NCBI RefSeq assembly: GCF_001194135.2
Contig: NC_068984.1
Coordinates: 72,042,334-72,106,333, forward strand
DNA length: 64,000 bases
Direction: 5' to 3'
Origin: Octopus bimaculoides
Lineage: Eukaryota
Under the pieces are notes generated by a model, which had not been told where the DNA came from, searched no databases, and saw only the letters and a program-made list of their open reading frames with translations. Below, piece after piece: positions 1 to 13,340 of the stretch. A program made the position numbers and the translations under genes. Every line of letters begins with the position of its first letter. Position 1 is the stretch's first letter.

Positions 1-689
1 TCTATTTATTTATTAGAGATGTAACTTGTAAACAATAACAAAGAAAATGCGAACATAGACATCGAACACAAATATAATGATATCTTTCAGAAAAGAGAGA
101 AATGAAGAAAGTGTTAATACTTCACAAGTCAATTTGGTTTTAACCTTGAGCTATGTTGTCTCTACTTTAAAGTCTGCAAAATATTAGTTATGTAATCAAA
201 TTGAAAATCGAGAAAACTTGGTAATTATTTCTCTAGTGATAGCCATTAACAAAATATTCTTCGAATACAAGCCGTATAGATAATTTTACGAATTTACCGA
301 TAAGCAATTAGTTATTCGTATCTGAACCTCGTCGTCAATTGCGCTCAACTCTGAGGACTTCAATTATGAAAATGCAGCTCTTATAAACTTCTGGCAGAAA
401 GAGATAAAATGTACAAGCGGCATTGAATGATAATAGCAAATGGCATTAGTGTGTTAAACTTTCATTTTGAATGGAATATCATGTGAATATCAAAGTTATA
501 AGAATAATGTAATTTTAATTTAATTTTTTGCGACAATGTATAATTAGATATTTCCATGTATATCTATGCATGTTTAAACGAATTTAATCACAAACACCAT
601 GCACACCACAGTGTATGTATACGTACGTACTTAGATACATACATACATATATATGTACATACATACATACATGCATTACTCCATCCCAT

Positions 690-1300
690 TTTGAAGGGTA
701 TGTGTTTCCAATCCAGGAAGTATCAAAGAAAGATCTGATGCCGAAAAATCTGTAAAATCCGATGCAGATTTTATGGAGTTAACTCCGAAAGTATCGCCCA
801 CAACATATGCAGTTGTCCGAAAATGTCATTACGGTATTATCTACCGATGGCGTATGGTGTTGTAGCTAGGACACTTTATAATGAAATTCGTCGGAAGAAT
901 AACCCCGAGGACAAAAAAATAAGAACCCACGGTACGGTTGAAGTCATAGCTACTCTTAATAAAAAGGAGTACTGGTGGAATGTCCCAGTGAAGACCTCAA
1001 TAAAATGTAAATACAACAGACCTGCCCAGCGGATGTTAACATAAAGCTGAAGGTCAGTGAAAAGGAGAATACCTACGCTAAATTATTGAGAAATTTGCAG
1101 TTACTCTATCAAGATCACAATTTTAATTATATTCCTGTAATAATTGGACACCTGGGATATGTAACACACTGCCTAAATACCAATCTTGAGAAATTTGACT
1201 TCTGAAAAGCAGTAAAGAGAAAGCTACTTCGACTACAGATCCAATACGTCAATGGGAATGTTAAAGTCTGTAAGACTTCCCAGAAGGTTATCATTTAGAT
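690..1300 (+). mobile_element. R4/Dong-like RLE non-LTR retrotransposon, 3' ORF remnant (zinc knuckle plus partly deleted RLE domain)
   Basis: Frame from 763 reads CRFYGVNSESIAHNICSCPKMS..VARTLYNEI..EYWWNVPVKTSIKCKYNRP (C-x2-[C>Y]-x8-H-x4-C knuckle). After a frameshift it reads CPADVNIKLKVSEKENTYAKLLRNLQLLY..IPVIIGHLGYV. The PD..D catalytic segment is missing. Confidence 0.8.
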
Positions 1301-1499
1301 ATATATGAGCATCGCTAGATATGCAACTATATGCATGAGAATACTTACACAAAATAAAACTTTGCACATATATATGCATACTTACATACAAAAATACCTT
1401 GTTGTTGATGTTGAAGTTCTAATGAAGAAGGCTTGAATCTAGATTACAAACCTACTTTTTCTCTATTGGCAAGAAATCTTGAAATAAAACTCATTAATG

Positions 1500-1532
<33 letters not shown>

Positions 1533-1630
1533 CGCACATACATACATACAAATGCGCACATTTGTGTGTGTGTATGTGTTAGGCAACGAGCACAACAATT
1601 AATTCGAAATTCGAAAAGTGAGTCAAGATA

Positions 1631-1699
<69 letters not shown>
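1631..1699. repeat. (ATT)n microsatellite
   Basis: Pure ATT run. Confidence 0.95.
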
Positions 1700-1702
<3 letters not shown>

Positions 1703-2777
1703 ATATATTTAAATAAATATTAATATAAACAGATAAAACTTTGTCAGCGCCAAAAAATTGGTTCCCTAATGAGTTCTTACAAAGGTATCGACAGGGATTG
1801 ATCAATATTGAACATACTGCCGAGAATCAGCTCTGGACTAAATTTTTCTGAAGTATTATGTCTGTTCTACTCTTCAACCTTCATTTGCAGTTAAACCGAT
1901 CTCTGTCGCTTTATATCACTAGTTTACTTGAAAATACTCATAGCTACATGCTTCAGATGTTTTCATGTATGTTGTATAATAACACTCTTTACCGCTTCAG
2001 GTATTGTATTCGCACAATTTTTGTTGTATCGCTTCCGGGGATTAAACTATAACCGAATGTGTTGTGAAATACGAATGAGGCAATACAAAATTTAAATAGT
2101 TTGCTATTGGCAGTGTAGGCAAACCAGAATCTATTCATACGGAAACTATTTCTGTCTACGAACAAGTTTATGAAAAATTGTGATATAACTATTAGTTTAC
2201 CTTTCAAAGCAAGGTTTCAATTGTATGTTTTTATGTGTTTTTTTTCTAAAGTGTCTAACTTACATTATGTTGCAATACTTATAAATAATTTTCTTATTTA
2301 TCACCAATATACTTATATACGAGTTGGTATTATCTGTGTCTGAATTTGTATGTATTCTAAATATCAGTAAACTACTGATATCTCCGTAAACAAAGAAACC
2401 GAAATGTTATCTGGCAGAGTTCTAAATAGAGTTAGATCAATTCAACATTTTCAAAATTGGGCTGATAATTCTCCTTCATGCGTCAATTATGCTATGTTAC
2501 TTGATAGTTTCTATATGCATATACCTAATAATATGCTTACACATAAAAATATGTACACATACACCATACTCATTAATGTAAAACAAAATACGGATAAATA
2601 TATAAGTGTGTGTAGGGCTATATGTGTTTAATGTCGAAGACACCTAGTTCATTTTGTCCATATTGTTCTTCCATCAACTGCTGCTCATATTTTCGGCAAT
2701 ATCCGCCACTTGTTTGTGTAGTATGTACGCAAAAAAGAGACTGGTACATATATAAAGATAGAATACCTACAAAAATC

Positions 2778-3563
2778 GGCACTGTCATGGTATTAGCTGT
2801 CAGAAGTCAAAGTAGAAACATCTGACAAGGAACGTTACTGCTAGTTTGAGTTGATTCTTTGGCTACTCAACAGAGAGAATTTATCAAAATAGAAAACAAA
2901 TGAAGTTTGAAGTTAAGTTTAAAAATAAATGTGATACTTATGCTCCGTAGATACTTATACTCTGTAATATTTCAAAACGCATGGATATAGGTGTCGAATT
3001 TGTTCCAATAACTTTTCGAAGATTCCGTCCTTAAATTCATAACGCCACATGAATTCAATCAGATGCGACTGAAGTAAATTTCGGGCTGTTCCATTTTCTC
3101 TTTTGTTGAGATTCTTTACATGCTTCCATAAGCATTTTATGTGGTTGGTTGTGACAAATGTTACCGGATCAACAAAATTTATAGAATGATTTACAGTCAA
3201 CTGTCTATATCCTAGCTGACTGAGCGTATTATATAAACGTCAGAGGTCAGGAATTATAGTCGTACCAGGCAGTATACGCTCTTGTAGATAGACAGACAGA
3301 CAGACACACACACACACACACACACACACACANNNNNNNNNNNNNNNNNNNNNNNNNNNNNNNNNNNNNNNNNNNNNNNNNNNNNNNNNNNNNNNNNNNN
3401 NNNNNNNNNNNNNNNNNNNNNNNNNCACACACACACACAGACAGACAGACACACACACACACACACACACACACAGATAGCTCCGGCCAGTCAGTAGCCA
3501 AAGTAACGTTCCTTGTCAGATTTGTCTATTTTCACTTCTGACAGCTAATACTATGACAGTGCC
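2778..3563 (-). mobile_element. Merlin (IS1016/IS1595-like) DNA transposon, internally deleted
   Basis: 62-bp TIRs at 2778-2839 and 3502-3563 (GGCACTGTCAT..., 5 mismatches). 8-bp TSD CAAAAATC/CAAAAATA. Minus-strand transposase C-terminus at ~2955-3290: ILPGTTIIPDL*RLYNTLSQLGYRQLTVNHSINFVDPVTFVTTNHIKCLWKHVK..GTARNLLQSHLIEFMWR. Confidence 0.9.
3288..3476. repeat. (GACA)n/(CA)n microsatellite containing N-gap 3333-3425, inside the Merlin element
   Basis: Direct inspection. Confidence 0.9.
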
Positions 3564-4425
3564 CAAAAATAAGCACTAATTGGCACTCTAAGAAATCTCC
3601 TCAGTGTTCTTCAAGCATGAACATTAGATAAGTGTCACCTTTGTCTGTTGGCTGAGGATAGCTGAGACTTTCCATCATACCCAGCAAATTAAGCTGGGAG
3701 TTTTATAGTACACTGGTGTTTGCGTTGTTAAACTTAGTCACGGATATATCGGAGAAAAGTTTTAAAAAAACTGTCAATTGGATTTCGTTTCTTCTGCCAT
3801 AGTCGCCTGATTTGTGATCGAACATTGCTGACTTACTTATGAGGGTAAGTAGAATAGCTGTTATCATGTGTAGAAAGGATCCAACTATCCGTCAACTCCA
3901 TAAAGAAGATCGCTCTCCTGCTTTACTTGTGCTGGGAACAGCAGTTCCCCCTTTCATGTGTCTGTGGCGAAAAAAGCCCTGCGACAGACAGGCTGAAAAT
4001 TCCGAAGATAATTTCCTTTCTGAATCAAGTCTCATCGACGTTTTGAAGATAACATAGAACAGAAAGTGAATTGGAACAGTGAATGCGTGAATCTAGTAAG
4101 TATGGCATGGTCGTGTGGACTCTATCTCATCATATAACTACAGACTGAATAGTATGGAGGCAAGAAATGTACTTGACACATTACGCGTGCTCAATGAAAT
4201 GACACAGGACGTGTGAACTTCTGGCTTGACACAGGATAACGATTCTCCTGATACTGTGGAATTTTTTATTTCAAATGTTTGGTTGTTATTTGCTTTTTTA
4301 TATGCATTTCTATAACTTACCATTGTGCTTTGTGTTAGTATCGTCTAAATGTTTTTGGAATACCTTAGAGCCATTAAGGAATTACTATTATTTTTCGTAA
4401 TATCCTTAACATTTTTCTTCTTTTT

Positions 4426-4442
4426 ATTATTATTATTATTAT

Positions 4443-4506
<64 letters not shown>

Positions 4507-4522
4507 GGTAGTGGTGGTGGTG

Positions 4523-4590
<68 letters not shown>

Positions 4591-4605
4591 TGTAGTAGTA
4601 GTAGT
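4426..4605. repeat. Compound (ATT)n-(AGT)n-(GGT)n-(AGT)n microsatellite
   Basis: Direct inspection. Confidence 0.95.
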
Positions 4606-4939
4606 GATGTTACAGATATTATTTCACTGTTAACATTGCACCGGTTATTTAATTAATGTATCTACCGTTGATGTAATGAGGTGAAAAATTATTTAAATAT
4701 TATTGCTATTCAACAAGTTTTGATTTACCGGGTGGGAAACGTTGCATTGGCAACTAAACATCGTTTCTCTTGATATGTTGACTTGTACTATACTAAACGA
4801 TGCTATTCACGATGCAAATAATCTCCGTATATTTTGAACCTTCAATTTATTATCTAATCTGTAAGTCTCGTTATTTCACTGATATTAATTTAGTGGCACG
4901 TGGCTATCGAAATGCAGCTGACTAGTACATATATAACAG

Positions 4940-6260
4940 CTTCTTTTTGTGGGTGGGAAAATAGTGGAGTTACAGATACTTCATATTCCTATAACTGATA
5001 CTGGAGGAGAGGGAGGGGAGGATATCGGGGTTGGATGGAAGGGATATTGATATTTTTTTTTTGTGAATAGTGGTGGGGAGGGAAGTTTGGATTTCATGTG
5101 TTTGCTGAAGGAGCTGTTTTCTTGTTTGTGCTTGATGTTGAGGGGTGGATTTGGGGATCTTCCTTTTGGGTACTTTTTTCGTTTTACAGTCGACCATCCG
5201 TATTCACTCCCAGGTGGTTGAATGTTTTCATTGCTAGGAGCCTGCTGGTCGCTCTTCTGTGTCTCTGCCACTTCTTTTTAGGCCGTCTTCACCTTACGGG
5301 TAGGACAGTTTTCCCATATGTGGCCCTTCTCTCCACATTCGAATCATCGGGATCTTCTCCCCTCCACCATTACTTGTAAGGTGCTTTCTTCTCTGTGGTG
5401 TATATTTTCCATGATCTTTCACAGGGTCTGTGGTGCCGCATGGATGATGACCACGAGCCTTTTCCCCTTCCAGTAGTTCTGGTCGATTTTTAAGACCTCT
5501 AGTATTGTTATTGCTTCTTGCAGCCCCATTAATAGGGCTGAGCATACCCATGTGACGTCAATTTCTGGCGCGATCTCTTCTATTGTAATTTTTGATGTGC
5601 GCCTGCTTAAGTACGTTTGCAGCAACACAATGTCTGAAGTTCTCAAGGGTTTCACTGTGTTTTAGCCCTCTCTTCGCTCTTGAAATAAACCACTACGTTT
5701 GTAAAGCGTTTCCCTCTGGTCATGAGCTCTATACCCTGCCACATCGGTTGTAGGCATTTTTCTGTATCTTCCCTTAGTGCCTTCTCGAGTGTTCTTTTAT
5801 TACCAGGGTTTTAAACACGATTATTTTTTTGGCAGTTTTCTCTATGATTTCGCTTGGGAGGGTGGCTTTTATGTCGTATCCCTCCTTCACAAACATGTTT
5901 TGGTGCTGCATTAGCACACTTCATTCTACACAATCTTTCTCTTTTGATTCCAGCCGCAGCTGCAAAATTTATCTTTTTTGGCTGTTCAACAAATTTCTCT
6001 GCCGTCAGCATTTCATTCATTTTATCAGTTTTTTTCCTCTTCAGAGGAAGTATTTATTTTTAAACAAAATTTGTGGATAAGTTCCACAAAAGTAGATAAT
6101 CCGCCCCCCACTTACATAAGGGAATAAAAGTTTACATCATCTACAACACACTGAACGCAATTATTAACAATACTGGGAAAAATTCAGTAACAACAATTTC
6201 AACACTAACCTTCAAATAAAAAAAAAAAGAAATAAAACACCACAGAATTATTCACAAGTC
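4940..6260 (-). mobile_element. Degenerate gag-like ORF1 of a non-LTR retrotransposon (Tx1/L1-like); no ORF2 seen
   Basis: Broken ORF from ~6020 to 4981: NFAAAAG.., QTYLSRRTSKITIEEIAPEIDVTWV.., LQVMVEGRRSR*FECGEKGHIWENCP (CCHC knuckle at 5305-5346, first Cys mutated to TGA), then a Pro/Ser/Lys-rich tail with WSTVKRKK. Confidence 0.65.
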
Positions 6261-6261
6261 A

Positions 6262-6315
6262 CAATACTGCTCAGCATTTCACCCGATGTGCTAATCATTC
6301 TGCCAGCTCACTGCC
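6262..6315 (-). mobile_element. 5' head (~55 nt) of tRNA-derived SINE family A
   Basis: Reverse complement GGCAGTGAGCTGGCAGAATGATTAGCACATCGGGTGAAATGCTGAGCAGTATT matches the head of the full copy at 20657. Confidence 0.8.
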
Positions 6316-6962
6316 CTTATAGTATATTAGAGTGTACAGATTAATGTAAAGCACGATATATCCAAGACAACAGCATATACTGCCGCAAATTTTACGCATA
6401 AAATATATTAATGAAGAGTGTTCTGTTTAAAACTGTTGAAAATTAAGTCAGTATAAACGGAAATAAAAGAAAATAGTGTTTGTAATATAATTCACAAAAT
6501 TATATTAACAAGTTCATTCATCACCTTATATTTGCTGAGTTTCATTGCAAACTAATCGTTTAAAATGTATATATATATAATTCATGAGGTGGTTGTGGTA
6601 TACACATATAAAATTTTATCTCATATGTATTTTAGGTGAAATTATTTGAAATAATTTGAATATTGTGTAGATATGTTAATGATAATTTACGGTTAATGCA
6701 CTGAAACGATTTAGTAAAATCTTATTTACCATTTATATACTTGTAAACAATGTTTTGTAAACTTCTAGAGCAAAGTTACGTAGAACTTTGTTGTCTCGAA
6801 ATATATTCACTATGGTCATTAATATGCATTATTCTTGTAAATATCCAATTACCTCTATAAAACCTTTTCCCGTTTGCTTTGTTTTCATATTGCATTTTCC
6901 TACACGAAAAATATGTAGCACACCCTATTGTTTTTTTTTAGTTTTCTTTCTGTTCTACATAC

Positions 6963-6994
<32 letters not shown>

Positions 6995-7544
6995 TTGCTA
7001 TAACGTCCAAGATTGTCAATGCTGTGTCAGTTATTACATAATTCGCAGCTTAATACGCAGCTGGAGAATTGCCATTTTATACTATGCCATCAATCTCACA
7101 CTGTATCCAATATTAAGACATATATTTCAATGCGACACAGTTGAAATATATGCGTTATATGTCGCAATTGTAATTTGAAATTTTGATAAGTGATAAATTA
7201 TTTCTGTCGAGGTTTTGAAGTGGAGGTTACCCATTCAGCATCGTACTAACATTAGACTAACTTTATATGCAGTGGCAAAAATCTTACTCACTTCTGACTA
7301 ACTGCACACATGATAAAAGACAACAGCTTACAAACTTCGGATTCTCATGAAAATTAATCTATTATTATAGCTATTCAAGACATGTTTTCGTAAACGTAAC
7401 GTATAATCAATTGCATCTCCTGTAATATTCATGTATAAGTCTGTTGTTTACAAATACGTTTATCCTTTTAATTTAATGTTGATTGATTACTTCCTATCAT
7501 AGGCAGATGGTCCGACATTTGAGTGTTCAATATCGCAAATATCG

Positions 7545-7695
7545 GTTCTTGGCTTTAGGATTAGTATTTCTTTATCGATGGTTATCGAAGTACGAAGGAT
7601 AACGTTCACCTCCGCAGGATTTGAACGGAGGACGCAGTGAATAGTAATACATAAAGTAAATGCCTTTTGACTTACACTTTAACGACCCTGCCAAT
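7545..7695 (-). mobile_element. Degenerate SINE family A-like copy
   Basis: ACCTCCGCAGGATTTGAACGGAGGACG and AACGACCCTGCCAATCCAC resemble the reverse-complemented B-box and head of 20657-20880. Confidence 0.5.
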
Positions 7696-9029
7696 CCACT
7701 GAGTTTGATATTTAAGTTATAAAATCAATTTAAATCAAATGTACTGCCCAACAATTCTAGTTAACAACTGCCAAACACCAGACCGATACTTATATAATTG
7801 TACAGCTGTCAGACAGGAAGAGAAAAAAGAGAGATATAGCGGACCATATGTTTGTATTTAGCTTGTTATGTTTCACTGCAACAAGACGTTTGTCTATTCA
7901 ATGTTTCTAGTTCTGCACACTTGAATCGATGTAAGTAAAAGTTAGTGTGTTAAGGAGCCAAGTTGTTTCTTCTCGTCACTGTTAAATAGACTTCAAATAA
8001 AATGAAAATCACAAGAACTACTAATAATGAAATGTCAAGAAAGATGTAGTCATTCATGTATAGATAATTTAAAGTTTAATAGACCAAACACAAGTAGGCT
8101 GGAATAATACATTAACCTAGAGACCCTTTGAAATTCAGTTTTAGTTTCTGTTGATAAACTACTGATAATGTACGAAAGTTTACAGTTGATGTTATCCAAA
8201 TAGTTCAGTAGGTGTGTCTGCAAACCATTAAGTGAGAACGGGGAGGAGAGAGAAGGAAATACAAAGTACATTCAAATGAGAGAAGAGGAGCGTAACATTT
8301 ATATGTGTGATATAGGAACGTTTTATGAGAGATAATCATTTCAAAATTGATAGCAGCCTTATCTAGTAAAGACAATTCAAATATTTGCTGATGCCTAAAA
8401 TACTAATTATCACATTTTACCTCTCAGTAAAAATGATAGAAATTATGTGGACCGTGTGCCTCAAGTATAAGGAAGTATTAGGAGTTATATACGCTCACAG
8501 GTGAGTAAATGTTTGTTAGCATTTCGGTTGAAGGATTTAACAAACATAACACATTTCGGGCTTCATGTTTACTCTTCATCCTAACTAGTTTGAAGATGGT
8601 ACGGTGGATGTTATATCATGATATGAATACAAAGAAGCCAATAATTGTCTAGAAAGTGAATTATAAAGTAAGACGTGTTTTCATTTAAATTTGTTTGCAT
8701 ATAAGATATGAATGTATTTAAGCGAATTTAAGATACTTGTAAAAGAAATATATGACCTGGTTCCTATCGAAAATCATTGCTGTCAAATAAACATTCTAAA
8801 GTATGGACATGTAAAAGAGACATGAAAAGCAACAAATTTCATTCATAATACTGTAGTTTGCTTTCGATTGTCCTGAGGCAATGCAACCTATGTGTTATTG
8901 CTGAAGACCTTATTTTTCACACTACTGTTCATTTTACTGTCGGGAATAGACAACAGATTGTTTGAAATGCTTTACTGTAACAAAGAGTAATGTTTCATTT
9001 TTGCGAAGCTAATTATCATCTAATCATAG

Positions 9030-9770
9030 GAATATGTGTGTGCCCCCCGGTTTACTAGTTGCTGATGGTCTTATGGTCTTATAGTTACTTGTGCATATTT
9101 TTACGATGTGTCTTTCAATTCTTGTTTTCATCTCATTCATACTTTCATGCAATCTCAAGTTTTACTTCTTCAAAAAATGGGCATTCAGTTTCTACTTGTC
9201 AAGAATATGGCGAAGTAAAGAAAGTCTTGAGTTATTGCAATGTCACAAACACAATTGGATAATGTGCGTTGAATATAAAATGCTATACTTCCTTCTTGAT
9301 CAGTAACGGGGATACACCTTGAATCTCTGCTTTCTGTGCATGTGGGAAAAGAGAGATTAAAGAAGCATTGGTTGAAATTGCGATCCAAATCTGGGCCTCA
9401 AATCTGGTGATCCCAACGTTTTATATGGTCCACTTGTTGACATAACAAATTTTATTCCTACCTGTGCACGCGAAACTGAGTCTCACGGAGGAATTCGTTA
9501 AATCTTTGGCATCTGTGGATGACACTTCCAAGTACATAATTTTGATGTTTCTTGGCCTGATAGTTGGAAAAAATCAAGGCCCGTGTATTTCATGGTCCTC
9601 AGATTCAGCTACTCACAAAGATGCACACTTTATCGGGTCAGTGCCACCACTCGAAAAATGTGCTTGGTTATCATTCAGGGACTTTGTCAAGAAAGTTCTT
9701 GCAAATACCCAAAGAACAAATAAAACAAAATTGTCAAGACATCAGTGGAAAAGTTTCTGTAATTGTTGCA
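9030..9770 (+). mobile_element. Degenerate DNA-transposase fragment, Chapaev3/CMC-like (family name tentative)
   Basis: Across frameshifts: GHSVSTCQEYGEVKKVL, HKHNWIMCVEYKMLYFLLDQ, GYTLNLCFLCMWE, HAKLSLTEEFVKSL, EKIKARVFHGPQI, AWLSFRDFVKKVLAN. This parallels the recalled motif series GYTKYPCFLC..LHIKLGLMKQFVKAL..KAGIFDGPQIR..AW.SF. Confidence 0.75.
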
Positions 9771-11334
9771 ATATTGGACGTACATCTGTATATTTGTACA
9801 AGTAATGGAGGATTTTAAGTATATAATCCTCCTATTAGCTTTATCACAGAAGGACTAACAGAGATGTATATATCATATTATACATTTCATATTTAAAATC
9901 AAAACATTGCCATTACTCTTCATTGCATTTTAATACATATACTGCTTTCTATCATGCTCATATTCCTTCTGACCACTTGTTTCTAACTTCATTACTTCAA
10001 AGTCAAACAGCAAGCAATATACACAACCATTTGCAAGACAAACTCTTGTTTTGATACTACACAATTCATCGATTACAAGTGAATAAATTTCAACGTAAAA
10101 CCTTTCATGCAAAACGTACAATAATGCAATTAATTACACTTACGTATAACATCCAACATTGTAAATTGTCTGTACATTTGGTATTGACCCGGGAGTTTCA
10201 AGAGATTTCACTCTTCTATTGTATTTGCATATTTACATTCAGTCAGTTTCATCTTTCCTGTATTTTGAAAGATGCAAATTCCCCTTTAAAATTAATGAAG
10301 AACTAACTTTTTAGAGTAAATTGACTTTATCTTTGTATGTCACTCTGCCATTTTCTTTCATTTACCGGTTTGCTTAGCATAATTTTTATTAATTTCTCCA
10401 AGGTATCGTTTTTCATTGGCAATACAAGTTTATTCATTCGTACGAATTAGCTTGGGAATATTTTCCCTAATATAATCACCTGCTCACTTTAACACGGTTA
10501 GACTGCTTATGATCAAACACTAATATGTCCGTTCATGCAAGCAATTTATTTGCACCAGCAAATTGTTTCAATAAGGGTATAAATGTTAACAAAGGACTTC
10601 GAAATTGGATTGTGTCTACTCCAAACCAAAACTATATATCTGTTAATGTAAGAGAACTTTCATGGGAATGGGTTAGCGGTCTATTTAGAAAACGTTCTAT
10701 AATTCGTACTTTCTTATGCGTAAAATGAGAACTACTACAGTTTGACAAATATAGCCTATAAATAGAACATTCATATGACAACGCTTCCAAAACAAAAATT
10801 CACTGCAGATATAGCCATTATACAAAAAGAAGATTGTGTGGTTTTGATTGTAACTGCAAAAAATGAGAACTATCGTATGATCATGTAAACATATTATAAA
10901 TGTTTGATGTTTTATAAATCTTATAAATTTTATAATTTTTAAGACAATCAAAGGAATGGTTAGGGTTGTGTACATTATTTTACTCAACATTTTGCTATTC
11001 ACAGCGTTACTTCGAAAGAAAATATGGCAATAGTGTGTTTCATGCTGAATAAGTGATGTTTTAAATAATTTAATCCAAAATAACAAAGTCTAATTTTGGA
11101 TAATGGACGCTAATCATCGAGTTTTTTGGGCGATGAATATATAGACCGGTATATTAATATATTTTGCTAAAATCTCTACGAGTTGTTATAATTAGCAATA
11201 CAACAGTCGAGATGATCTGTATCATTTAAAGAGCAACTGCATGCACACTTACATATTTCACTTATTTTACTCCTTAAAATTTGGCATACCTGCTATCAGG
11301 AAGATACACACTGTAAGGTTTGTGAATATAGCAT

Positions 11335-11371
<37 letters not shown>

Positions 11372-12338
11372 TCAAATATTTCACTTTACTATCTAGGGAA
11401 CAAATCTATCTCTGAACAATCTATGTTCATTCGATCGTTTAAGTGTCAAAATGTATGAGTATTTCACTTTTTACACATCTACCTGATCGATCTACATCTG
11501 AAATATTTTCTTAGAAATCATTATAGTTTAATGTTTCATTCCCGTTACCGTCACGAACATGTCACATATTAACTTATCTGCGTGCTATTTACATTTATAT
11601 GCTTCACAACATTAAACAAGAATTTCTGGTTTAATGTTGTCAAGGACATAAATGTAAATCTCAATAAGATATCACATCTCATGTTTTTTTTTAAATACTT
11701 CATTCAAATTTGACTTTATTTTATATAGTTAATGAAGAGTAGTGCTTTTTTATGTTTATTACTGGGAAACCAGTTTTGATAGGTTTTCAGGAATGACGGG
11801 TGAAAGAGGCGTTTGCGGTTTAAATATCATATTTTATGGTTTATATACAAACTATATTTATTTCACTCTCCTTATTGCCGTAATGCAGCTTGAATATTTA
11901 TCCAAATTTGTGTGATATCAAGTTTAAACTGGAAAATATTTTGATGGCTGCGAATGATTGAATATCAAACCAATGCATTATTTTACGCCGTTTAAATGCT
12001 TATAGAGTTAGCTAAATGTAAATAATTTACAGATCATAAATTAGGTGCCATAAATGGTGAACTGACTATAAATTGGTGTTTACGTTTGAAGAAAAAAAGT
12101 GACTAAAATATAGGTTAACACAAGTAAGTACAAGTATCACAAGACAAAATAAACGAGCAAAGTATTAGGTTGATATAATTCCAACATGGATGTAATTTCT
12201 TGAAATGCATGGCTTTCATCGATTTTGGAAACAGGAATGTGAAACTACACAGTATTGGATAAGCTAAGCGTGGATATACGTACACACGTATACACACACA
12301 CGCACTTAAACACACACACATAACTACACACACGCACA

Positions 12339-12381
<43 letters not shown>

Positions 12382-13104
12382 TTATATACATATATATATA
12401 TATATATATATACATGCATATATATATATTTATCGATATTCATATCTGTATTTATGTACATATCTATATGCTTATATTTAAATGCATAATTATATGCATA
12501 TAAACAAGCATAGTGGTAGCGGTCATGAACTTATTTATTGAATTTCTTTAAAGTAAATATATTCTAAAATACTTCAGTTTCTTTCGGAAATGCATGATTT
12601 ACAACGTAGATATTACTGGGAATTATTTTTATAATCACTGAATCTACCTGTTTCACTATTGAGCTATTACTATGAAATGATAAGATATACTTGAAAACTA
12701 TTTAGAGCAACATTACTTTTCGCTTCTTTATACAAATATGATGTTTATACTTCGGAGTTCATGTTAGACAGCTATGACGGCGAAACGAAAACAGCTTCAA
12801 AACCATGAGAATTAAAACGAGAAAATAATTCTGAAGTGATAATATTTTAAGTTAATTCCATTTTCCTTAGCGAATAACATTTTATATCTCTTTGAAAATG
12901 TTGAAAGTATAAACAAAGAACAATGTACATTGGTAGTAAAGGACATGGAATGTTGCGGGTCAATAAACTCATATAAGGTTGAAGTTAATTGTAACGAGAT
13001 ATCAAGTTAATAACGTAAGTGAAAATTTGTATATTGTTATTAGTTGTACTGATCAACGTATGTAAACCTAAACAGTATCTATGGACTGAGTAAATACATT
13101 TAAG

Positions 13105-13340
<236 letters not shown>

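Noticed and set aside
3560-4330. GC-richer segment with 61-72-aa ORFs, considered as a host exon
   Set aside because: No recognisable domain and no consistent splice-bounded open frame
8545-8590. Possible hammerhead relic (rc AGGATGA-A-GAGT..GCCC-GAAAT-GTG)
   Set aside because: Positions 3, 4, stem II and stem III are all mismatched; cannot be separated from chance
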